Assembly: GCA_963808235.1 (NCBI GenBank)
Contig: CAWEEQ010000004.1
Coordinates: 3,168,001-3,232,000, forward strand
Source of the DNA: an uncultured delta proteobacterium
Lineage (GTDB): Bacteria > Desulfobacterota > Binatia > Binatales > Binataceae
Direction: 5' to 3'
Length of the DNA: 64,000 bases
Shown here: positions 1-7,549 of the stretch, piece by piece
How positions within the stretch are numbered: the stretch's first letter is position 1
How the letters are laid out: each line of letters starts with the position of its first letter
Notes under the pieces: model-generated
Database searches by the model: none
The model's input: only the letters and a program-made list of their open reading frames with translations
Told to the model about the DNA's origin: nothing
Position numbers and translations under genes: made by a program

Positions 1-1742
1 TCGAGTCGCTCGCTTTCTTCCTTTTGCACATCGGCCGGTCCGGACTGCGACTTGAGCAGATCGATCGACCGTTCCTCCCATGTCACTGCCTGCGCGAAAT
101 CGCCCGTTTCACCCAGAGAGGACGCAAGGGTGTCGATCGCATAGCCGTCCTGCCATGAAGAAAGATCACAGGCCTTCTTGGCGAGCGTGAGCGCGCGCTT
201 GCCGTTGCGAAACTTCGAATCGGGACAGGTGCTGAGGAACCAGGCCGCGGCGTTGTACGTTTCCCAATCATTGGAGGCAACCGCAAGCGCGTGATTGTAG
301 TCGTCGAGGGCGAGCCGATATTCGCCGACATTCTCGCGAAGGTGGGCGCGGGCCAGAAGGTCATCTTTTGAGGCGGCTTTTATGTGGGCGAGATCCGAAA
401 TCGCCAGGTCGGGCCGCTTTTTCTGGATAAAGGCCCCGGCCCGTGCCTCCAAGACGCGCATGTCGGACGGATCGAGCTTGGCGGCCGTGTTAAAATCTTC
501 AATCGCGTGATCGTAGTCCGCCTTCTCCTGGTAGACGAAGCCCCGGCGATAGAACAGGTCGGCGTCCTTGCGCTTCGAATATTTCATCGCCTGATCGAGA
601 TCTGAAATGGCGTTGTCGTATTGACGGCGGTGATCGTCGATATACGCACGATTGCTGTAGAGTTCCGCGTCTTTCGGCGCCAGCGCGATTGCCTGGTCGG
701 CATCGGCCTGCGCCTTGTCGTAATGACCCGCATAGTAGTAGGCCATCGCGCGGGAGATGAGAGCGTCGGGATCGGGCTCCTTGGGATCAAGGCTGAGCAC
801 CTTGTCGAGATCGCCGATCGCCGCCACGTAATCGCGGTTCATCGTTTCGAAGCTTGCACGAGCTTTCAACAGCGCAGGATCGTTCGGCTTCGACTCGAGG
901 GCACGAGTGTACTCGGCAATCGCAGCGCCATTGTCGCCGAGCGCGTAGTCGCGCTGTGCGAATGTTTCGTGGATGCCGCTGAAGCCAAACATCGAAGCCG
1001 CGCCAACCATCGCGATGGGCATCAGGAAGGGCATCGTATCGACCAGGAAATGACCGATGATGCAGGCCATGATGTCCTTGCGCCATAGATACATGAGGAC
1101 GAACAGCAACTGCATCGGCGCGATCTCGATCGCGTAGCGCCATCCCCAAAACGGAATGTGCTCGGCCAAATCCAGCGCCAGCGCAATCGCCGCGGCGAGC
1201 ACCAGCCGCCCAGTGACGATTCGAAGGCGATCGATCGCGAAGCCACGAGCCGCAACCTCCTCCGAGAAACCGCCCGCGGCGGCGACGAGCACCCCGAGCC
1301 CGGCCGGTATGCGCATCAACGAGCTGAGCTGGTGGGTGGCGACATGCGACATGCTGTTCGGAAAGAAGAGCAGGAGAAGTAGTCTGCCGACGCCCTCTGT
1401 GATCAAGACGGCGACGAACAGCGCCAAGCCCAGACCCAGATCGGCAAGCGTCGGTCTGCGGAGGCCGACTGAGGAGAGCGGTTTTCGCTCCAGGAAAACG
1501 ACGATGCCGAAGAGCACCGCGGTCGCAATCAACTGGTACGTGACAGTAGTCAGCGTCCAGCTTCCGTATTGCGATCGCCCGGCCGACTTCAGCAGCGAAT
1601 CGAGCAGATTCGAGAGCGGTTTGAGCAGGACCGAGAATCCCACCGCAAGCCCAAGGAAGGTCGTAAAATAAATGCTGGCTGGCCGGGTTGGATTGTCCGG
1701 CGGAATCGTCGAATCCGCCGTCTGTTGAGACGCGGTCTCCAT
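1..1742 (-). CDS. CPBP (CAAX/Abi) intramembrane metalloprotease fused to C-terminal TPR repeats; 3' end runs off the window
   Basis: Translated by hand (absent from the ORF track because no stop lies in the window). ATG at 1742 after GGAGGGGG. Hydrophobic N-half with FSEEVAARG, DLAEHIPFWG and IIGHFLVD motifs, then TPR units (AIAEYTRALESKP, AIGDLDKVLSLDP, AIEDFNTAAKLDP, NAAAWFLSTCPD). Confidence 0.85.
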   Translation of the reverse strand, partial: METASQQTADSTIPPDNPTRPASIYFTTFLGLAVGFSVLLKPLSNLLDSLLKSAGRSQYGSWTLTTVTYQLIATAVLFGIVVFLERKPLSSVGLRRPTLADLGLGLALFVAVLITEGVGRLLLLLFFPNSMSHVATHQLSSLMRIPAGLGVLVAAAGGFSEEVAARGFAIDRLRIVTGRLVLAAAIALALDLAEHIPFWGWRYAIEIAPMQLLFVLMYLWRKDIMACIIGHFLVDTMPFLMPIAMVGAASMFGFSGIHETFAQRDYALGDNGAAIAEYTRALESKPNDPALLKARASFETMNRDYVAAIGDLDKVLSLDPKEPDPDALISRAMAYYYAGHYDKAQADADQAIALAPKDAELYSNRAYIDDHRRQYDNAISDLDQAMKYSKRKDADLFYRRGFVYQEKADYDHAIEDFNTAAKLDPSDMRVLEARAGAFIQKKRPDLAISDLAHIKAASKDDLLARAHLRENVGEYRLALDDYNHALAVASNDWETYNAAAWFLSTCPDSKFRNGKRALTLAKKACDLSSWQDGYAIDTLASSLGETGDFAQAVTWEERSIDLLKSQSGPADVQKEESERL

Positions 1743-1772
1743 CGCGTTCCCCCCTCCGCGTCTCTTAGGGAA

Positions 1773-2006
1773 CTAGCTTTTCTTGACCGCGCAACTGCCG
1801 CATCCCGACGAGCAGCCGCCCTTGTCGCCCTCCTCTGGAGGTGGGCCGAAGTAGTAGCCCGACTGCTCGAGATCGCCGGGTCCGACCCATTCGAGCGCAT
1901 CGCCGACCGTCTGGTCGCAATGCACGCAAACGCGACGCTCAATCCCGTTGTCGTCGAGCATCACGTAGGTCAGCACTGATTTGTCGCAGTGGGTGCAATG
2001 CGCCAT
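1773..2006 (-). CDS. Small Cys-rich zinc-ribbon-like protein (77 aa)
   Basis: MAHCTHC...CVHC...GGCSSGCGSCAVKKS; ATG at 2006 chosen within ORF 1773..2048. Confidence 0.7.
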   Translation of the reverse strand: MAHCTHCDKSVLTYVMLDDNGIERRVCVHCDQTVGDALEWVGPGDLEQSGYYFGPPPEEGDKGGCSSGCGSCAVKKS

Positions 2007-2106
2007 CGGAAATGACGCATCTCTGAGCGCGAGCGGAGAAGAAGGCATCGGAATCCACGCTACACCATTGTGTTAACGCGTGGAAATCCGACGCCGGTGA
2101 GTTCAG

Positions 2107-2514
2107 CTAGCCGTGATGATGGCCGCCGCCGTCATGGCCGCCTGAGTGCGCGAAAGAATGACCACCGCCGTGGTATCCGCCACCGCTATGGGCGAATCCA
2201 CCGCCACCGTGACCCCATCCACCACCGTGGCCCCATCCGCCTTCGCGTGCCGCCCAATCATGGCCGTCCCAGCCGTGACCATGGCCCCAATAGCCCCAAT
2301 CATCGTGATACCAAGGATGGCCATAACCATAGACGCCGTAATCCGGGGCGTACCAGGAAGAATAGGCGGGATATCCGTATCCGCCATATCCTCCATATCC
2401 GCCGCCATATCCACCACCCCAGCCAGGTCCTTCGACGTCATAGCAGCCCTGCAATGGAATCATGCAAGCGATGAGCAACAGCGCTGCTACGGCGCTTATG
2501 ATTTTGCTCTTCAT
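2107..2514 (-). CDS. Gly/His/Tyr/Trp-rich low-complexity lipoprotein
   Basis: Signal peptide with lipobox LQG-C, then GGY/GWGH/HGGG repeats; AGAGG RBS upstream. Confidence 0.75.
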   Translation of the reverse strand: MKSKIISAVAALLLIACMIPLQGCYDVEGPGWGGGYGGGYGGYGGYGYPAYSSWYAPDYGVYGYGHPWYHDDWGYWGHGHGWDGHDWAAREGGWGHGGGWGHGGGGFAHSGGGYHGGGHSFAHSGGHDGGGHHHG

Positions 2515-2537
2515 TGCTCTTTACCTCTATCTCTTCA

Positions 2538-2563
2538 GACGAACTCTTTAGGACAGGGTTTCA
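2538..2563 (-). promoter_or_regulatory. Putative ECF sigma factor promoter (TGAAAC-N16-CGTC)
   Basis: Minus strand reads TGAAAC cctgtcctaaagagtt CGTC, 23 nt upstream of the lipoprotein ATG; matches the SigM/SigW-type consensus. Confidence 0.55.
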
Positions 2564-2647
2564 AGCGAAGATTTGAGGAAGAACAGGGAATTAGCTAGGA
2601 GAATCAAGCATTTTTTCGTGCGCAAGTGTGCGCAGTGATGGTTACGG

Positions 2648-3559
2648 TCACTGACGCCGATATGGCTCTCCGAGTGCGCTCGGAGCGGCTGCCTGACCTC
2701 CTACACCCGCTAAAACGAGCAACGTCAGCGCGTATGGCAGGGCGAGGAACAGTTGATAGGGAACCACAGTTCCGAGTGCCTGCAGACCGAACTGCAAAGC
2801 CATCGCGGCGCCGAACAGGACCGACGCCGCGGCCAGTCCCCACGGATTCCATCGCCCGAGAATCACCACCGACAGCGCGACGAATCCACGTCCTGCCGAG
2901 ATGTTCTCGACAAACGTGTTTGCGTACGCGAGCGTGAGATAGGCGCCGGCCAGGCCAGTGAGCGCGCCCGCCGCAAGCAGCGCCTGCCACCTGAGCCAAT
3001 ACACGCCGAGCCCGAGAGCGTCGGCGGCTTCGGGACGCTCACCGGCGGCACGCAGTCGGAGTCCATAACGGGTGCGCGAAATCACGTACCACAAGATCGG
3101 AATCAGGATGAGCGTGAGATACACCAGCGCATTCTGATCGAAGAGCACCGGGCCGAGTATCGGGATCCTTGCGAGCGGTCCGAGCGGGATCTTTCCGACC
3201 GGCGTCACCATGAATGCCTTCCCGGTCTCGCCGAACAATTTGCGATAGAAAATTCCGGTGACGCCGAGTGCAAAGATGTTGAGCGCGGTGCCGGTCACCA
3301 CCTGGTTCGCGGCGAGATTCACGACCAGCAGGGCGAAGATTGCGTCGATCGCGATTGCCGCCGCCATTCCGGCCGCGAGTCCGAGTGCGATACTGCCGGA
3401 GAAGTAAGTCGCCGCGAGCGCGAAGAATGCGCCCGCGAGCATCGCGCCTTCGATGCCCACGTTGATAATCCCGCTTTCCTCGACCATCAACTCGCCGAGC
3501 GCGGCCAGCATGATCGGAGTGGCCATGCTGATCGTCGAGGTGAGGAACGCCTCAAGCAT
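2648..3559 (-). CDS. ABC transporter permease (nucleoside/simple sugar type)
   Basis: ALGELMVEESGIINVGIEG, GLRLRAAGERPEAADALG and GRGFVAL motifs. Confidence 0.9.
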   Translation of the reverse strand: MLEAFLTSTISMATPIMLAALGELMVEESGIINVGIEGAMLAGAFFALAATYFSGSIALGLAAGMAAAIAIDAIFALLVVNLAANQVVTGTALNIFALGVTGIFYRKLFGETGKAFMVTPVGKIPLGPLARIPILGPVLFDQNALVYLTLILIPILWYVISRTRYGLRLRAAGERPEAADALGLGVYWLRWQALLAAGALTGLAGAYLTLAYANTFVENISAGRGFVALSVVILGRWNPWGLAAASVLFGAAMALQFGLQALGTVVPYQLFLALPYALTLLVLAGVGGQAAAPSALGEPYRRQ

Positions 3560-4631
3560 CGAGCCGCTCCTGCGCAGCGGGCGGAATTGCTGCGGCCTCG
3601 GGCGGCGCGCCGAACATCCGCTCGCTGAGCCCGCTCCAGAGCGGAGTGTCGAAGGCGAGGATTATTAGGATCACCAGTCCCTGGATAACCTGGACCAGCT
3701 CGGGCGAGACGTTCTGCGCGCGTTGCATCGCTTGCGAGCCATTGTCGAGCGCGCCGAAGAACAGTGCCGCAGCGACGATACCGATTGGATTCAGCCGCGC
3801 GACCAATGCGACAGCGATCGCCTCGTAACCCCATCCGGGCGAGAACTTTTCATACAGTCGATGCGAAATCGCGGAGACTTGCACCGCGCCGCCGAGTCCC
3901 GCGAGCGCGCCCGACAGCGCCATCACCCAAACGGTCAGCGCCGGGATCGGGATTCCAAAGAATCTCGCCGCGCGCCGGTTGCGGCCCATCGCGCGCAGCT
4001 CGAATCCGACCCCGGTGTGAAAGAGCAGCAGATGGCATAGCACGGCGAGCACGACCGCGAGCGGCATCCCCAAGTTGAGGCGGCTCGGCGAAAAATAAAA
4101 TCCTAGTTCGGCTGCCGACGCGATCGGGGCGCTGGTCGGATAGGCGCGCGACGCTTCCATCAGCGGCCCATGCACCACCCAACTGAGCGCATAGACGGCG
4201 ACGAAGTTCAGCATGATGGTGCTGATGACCTCGTTAACGTCGCGCCGCGCGCGGAACCATCCTGCGAGCCCTCCCCAAATCGCGCCGCCAAGCGCGCCCG
4301 CGCCGAGCATGATTGCAATCGCGATCGGATGCGGTAGATCGCCGAGCCACGGACCCACAGCACCGGCCGCGATCGCGCCGATCGTGAGCTGCCCATCGCC
4401 GCCGATATTCCACAGCGCACCCGAAAACGCGATCGACACCGCGAGCCCGGTGAACACCAGCGGAGTCGCTTTCACGACCGTATCGACGCACGCGTACCAG
4501 TTGCCGAATGCGCCCTCGCCAAGCGCGACGAATACGCCGATTGGAGACGCGCCGAGGCCGAGCAATACGAGCGAGATAAGCGCGGCGGCAATCGCGAGTG
4601 CGCCCAGCGGTTTCGCAATCGAAGACAGCAT
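3552..4631 (-). CDS. ABC transporter permease (nucleoside/simple sugar type)
   Basis: TPLVFTGLAV, WNIGGDGQ, NEVISTIMLN, GYEAIAVALVARLNP. Confidence 0.9.
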   Translation of the reverse strand: MLSSIAKPLGALAIAAALISLVLLGLGASPIGVFVALGEGAFGNWYACVDTVVKATPLVFTGLAVSIAFSGALWNIGGDGQLTIGAIAAGAVGPWLGDLPHPIAIAIMLGAGALGGAIWGGLAGWFRARRDVNEVISTIMLNFVAVYALSWVVHGPLMEASRAYPTSAPIASAAELGFYFSPSRLNLGMPLAVVLAVLCHLLLFHTGVGFELRAMGRNRRAARFFGIPIPALTVWVMALSGALAGLGGAVQVSAISHRLYEKFSPGWGYEAIAVALVARLNPIGIVAAALFFGALDNGSQAMQRAQNVSPELVQVIQGLVILIILAFDTPLWSGLSERMFGAPPEAAAIPPAAQERLDA

Positions 4632-4642
4632 CGCTGCGCGGC

Positions 4643-6121
4643 CTACTCCCAGGTTCCGGCCATCAGCAGGCCGAGCCGCTCGGGGTCGCGTTCGTCGGCG
4701 CGAGTCTCGCGAATTTTCCCTCGATTGATCACCATCAGGCGCCCGCAGGTCGCGAGCAACTCATCGAGATCGCTGGAGACTAGCAACACTGCGCCGCCGC
4801 CGGCCGCGAAGTCGAAGATGGTCCGATGGACGTCGGCGGTGGCCGCAAGGTCGAGTCCGCGAGTCACGTTATGCGCGACGATCATTCGCGGATGTGCGGC
4901 GATCGCGCGTGCGACTACCAGGCGCTGGCGGTTTCCTCCGGACAGCGCGCCCGAATTCATCTCGGGGCCTGCGGCGCGAATCTGAAAACGGTCGATGAGC
5001 GTTGCGCAGAGATCGATCGCGCGCGAACGGCTGAGCCAGCCGCGCGATGTCATCCGCTCCCGGAGCGGACGGGCGAGGAGCAGGTTTTCCCAGAGCGTCA
5101 AATCGAGGACAAGGCCGTCGAGGTCGCGATTTTGCGGAATCACCGCCATCGCGCCGCTGCCCGCTTCTCGGCTAACGCTGATCAGTCCCGCGCTCGGCTC
5201 GCGTGCACCGGCAAGCAACTCGACCAGTTCCGACTGACCGTTGCCATCAACCCCCGCGAGTCCAACTATCTCGCTCGCCGCGACTTGAAACGAAATCCGA
5301 TCGAGAATCCGCCGGCCATCGTCATCGAGCGTGAGATCCTGAACCTCGAGCACCGGCGCGCCGCGATTCGCCACGAAAACGTCGCGACGCGCGATCGGCG
5401 CTGCAACGATCTCGCCGATCATCATGCGCGCAAGTTCGGCTTCGTCGGTCGCGGCGGCCATCGTGGATGCGACCACGCGGCCCCGCCTCAGCACGGTAAT
5501 TCGATCCGCCACTGCCAGCGCCTCACTCAGCTTGTGAGTTATGAGCACTACGATTCGGCCCTCGGCGCGAAGCCGCCGGAGCAAGTCCACGAATGCGCTC
5601 AGCTCGGTAGGCGCGAGCACTCCGGTCGGCTCGTCGAGAATCAGCACCTGGGGATTGAAGCTCAGCGCGCGGAGCACTTCGAGCCGCACACGCTGCGCGA
5701 TCGACAATTGCTCGACCGTCGAATTGGGCGCGGGCAGCTCGAAGCCGAGATTGCGCGCGAGCACGCGGCCGGCCGACGCGACCGCGTCAAGATCGAGCGC
5801 GCCGCCTTCGCCTTCGAATCCGCCGAGTGCGAGATTTTCCTCCCACGTCATACGCTCGAACAGCATCGGGCTCTGATGCACCGTCGCAATTCCGGCCCGC
5901 AGCGCGGCATGAGGCGATCCGGCGCGAAGCGGATACCCGTCGAGCGAGGTCTCTCCACTGTCCGGGCTGAGCGCGCCTGCGAGCACGTTCATCAAGGTTG
6001 TCTTGCCCGCGCCGTTTTCGCCGACCAGCGCATGAATCTCGCTGGGACGCGCCTGGAAATCGACACGGTCGAGCGCGCGCGTGCGGCCGAAACGTTTGGT
6101 GATGGCGGCGGCGCTCAGCAA
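4643..6121 (-). CDS. ABC transporter ATP-binding protein with two NBDs (CUT2 type)
   Basis: Walker A GENGAGKTT, LILDEPT; second domain GVDGNGQSEL and LSGGNRQ; TTG start abuts the cca stop. Confidence 0.9.
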   Translation of the reverse strand: MLSAAAITKRFGRTRALDRVDFQARPSEIHALVGENGAGKTTLMNVLAGALSPDSGETSLDGYPLRAGSPHAALRAGIATVHQSPMLFERMTWEENLALGGFEGEGGALDLDAVASAGRVLARNLGFELPAPNSTVEQLSIAQRVRLEVLRALSFNPQVLILDEPTGVLAPTELSAFVDLLRRLRAEGRIVVLITHKLSEALAVADRITVLRRGRVVASTMAAATDEAELARMMIGEIVAAPIARRDVFVANRGAPVLEVQDLTLDDDGRRILDRISFQVAASEIVGLAGVDGNGQSELVELLAGAREPSAGLISVSREAGSGAMAVIPQNRDLDGLVLDLTLWENLLLARPLRERMTSRGWLSRSRAIDLCATLIDRFQIRAAGPEMNSGALSGGNRQRLVVARAIAAHPRMIVAHNVTRGLDLAATADVHRTIFDFAAGGGAVLLVSSDLDELLATCGRLMVINRGKIRETRADERDPERLGLLMAGTWE

Positions 6122-7447
6122 CTAGGCCGCGCTATCCGGGCTGTAGTGTGAGCGCACGTATTCAAGCGCGTCGTCTCGGGTGGCGAGCGCGCCGTCGAGT
6201 TGCTGATCTTCGACGTCTCTTAAAATTTCCTTGAAGCGCGGTCCGGGACTGAAACCGAGTGCCTTCAAGTCCTCGCCGCCGATCAGACGCGGCGGGCGAA
6301 TTTCCGCCGCGGTCATCGTGCTCATCGCATGCTTGCAGAAATGCCAGAAGCCCAGGTACGAGCTCGACGCCATCGCGTCCATGAACGCCACTTCCATCAG
6401 TTCGTCAAAGCCAGTTTCTGCGAGCATCCGTTTGAGCGTGGCCGGGCGCATCCGCGGCGCCATGCAGAGTTTCAAATGATTCTTGACCAGATACGCCACC
6501 CGCTCCTGGACCGCGCGCGAACGCTTCAGCCGCGCGAGCATTTCCGCCGCCATCACCGCGCCCTGTTCGACGTGTCCGTAGAAGGTGACCTTGTCGCCGG
6601 TCACCGCGCGGCATCGCGGCTTGGCGATATCATGGAGCAGGATTCCGTACGCGACCGTCTCGGAGCATCCCGCGGGCAGCATCGCAACTCCGATCCGCGT
6701 ATGCGTGTACACGTCGCCTTCGGGATGAAAATTTTCCGGCTGCGCACAGCCGCGCATCTCGACCACTTCGGGCAGGATCAATTGCATCAGGCCGCTATCC
6801 ATCATGAGGTCCATCGCGCGTGCGGCGCCGCCCTCGGTCATCATCATGGTGATTTCTTCGCCGATTCTCTCCGCCGCGGTCAGCGAAATCTTGGGCGCGC
6901 TCTTGAGCATCGCGGACCAGGTCGCGGGATCGATCGTGAAGTTGAGGCGCGCGGCGAATCGCACCGCGCGCAGGATGCGCAGATGATCTTCCTCGAAGCG
7001 CTCGTCGGGATTCCCGATCGCGCGGATTATTCCGGCGCGTAGATCGCGCATCCCGCCGACCAGATCGATCAGCTTGTCGGCTATGGGATCGTAAAACATC
7101 CCGCCGATAGTGAAGTCGCGGCGGATTGCGTCTTCCTCGAGAGCGCCGAATCGAACCGCCGACGGACGACGCCCGTCGAGATACTCGGCCTCTGCTCGGA
7201 AGGTCGCGACTTCGAACTGGTCATCGCCAATCAGCACCGCGATCACGCCGAATTTCGCGCCGACCGCGACGGTGCGCTCGAACATCGTTTGCACAACCTC
7301 GGGACGCGCGTCGGTCGCAACGTCGAAGTCCTTGGGCTCGACGCCCAGGATTCGGTCGCGCACACATCCGCCCGCGAAGACGGCGCGAAAGCCGGCATCG
7401 ACGAGACGGCGAACGATATCGAGCGCCTTTTGCTCCTTCTCGCTCAT
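6122..7447 (-). CDS. cca: CCA tRNA nucleotidyltransferase / poly(A) polymerase family with HD domain
   Basis: GGCVRD..KDFDVAT, RRDFT, RFEEDHLRILRAVRF, HPEGDVYTHT, LLHDIAKP. Confidence 0.88.
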   Translation of the reverse strand: MSEKEQKALDIVRRLVDAGFRAVFAGGCVRDRILGVEPKDFDVATDARPEVVQTMFERTVAVGAKFGVIAVLIGDDQFEVATFRAEAEYLDGRRPSAVRFGALEEDAIRRDFTIGGMFYDPIADKLIDLVGGMRDLRAGIIRAIGNPDERFEEDHLRILRAVRFAARLNFTIDPATWSAMLKSAPKISLTAAERIGEEITMMMTEGGAARAMDLMMDSGLMQLILPEVVEMRGCAQPENFHPEGDVYTHTRIGVAMLPAGCSETVAYGILLHDIAKPRCRAVTGDKVTFYGHVEQGAVMAAEMLARLKRSRAVQERVAYLVKNHLKLCMAPRMRPATLKRMLAETGFDELMEVAFMDAMASSSYLGFWHFCKHAMSTMTAAEIRPPRLIGGEDLKALGFSPGPRFKEILRDVEDQQLDGALATRDDALEYVRSHYSPDSAA

Positions 7448-7549
7448 GGCAAATTCCAGCCGCCCAGTTTAGCAGAGCGGCCGGACTGTGCACCTATGTC
7501 GGATTTGAATCCCGCAGGAATCCAAGCCAGGAAAGCCCGAGCGGAGTGG

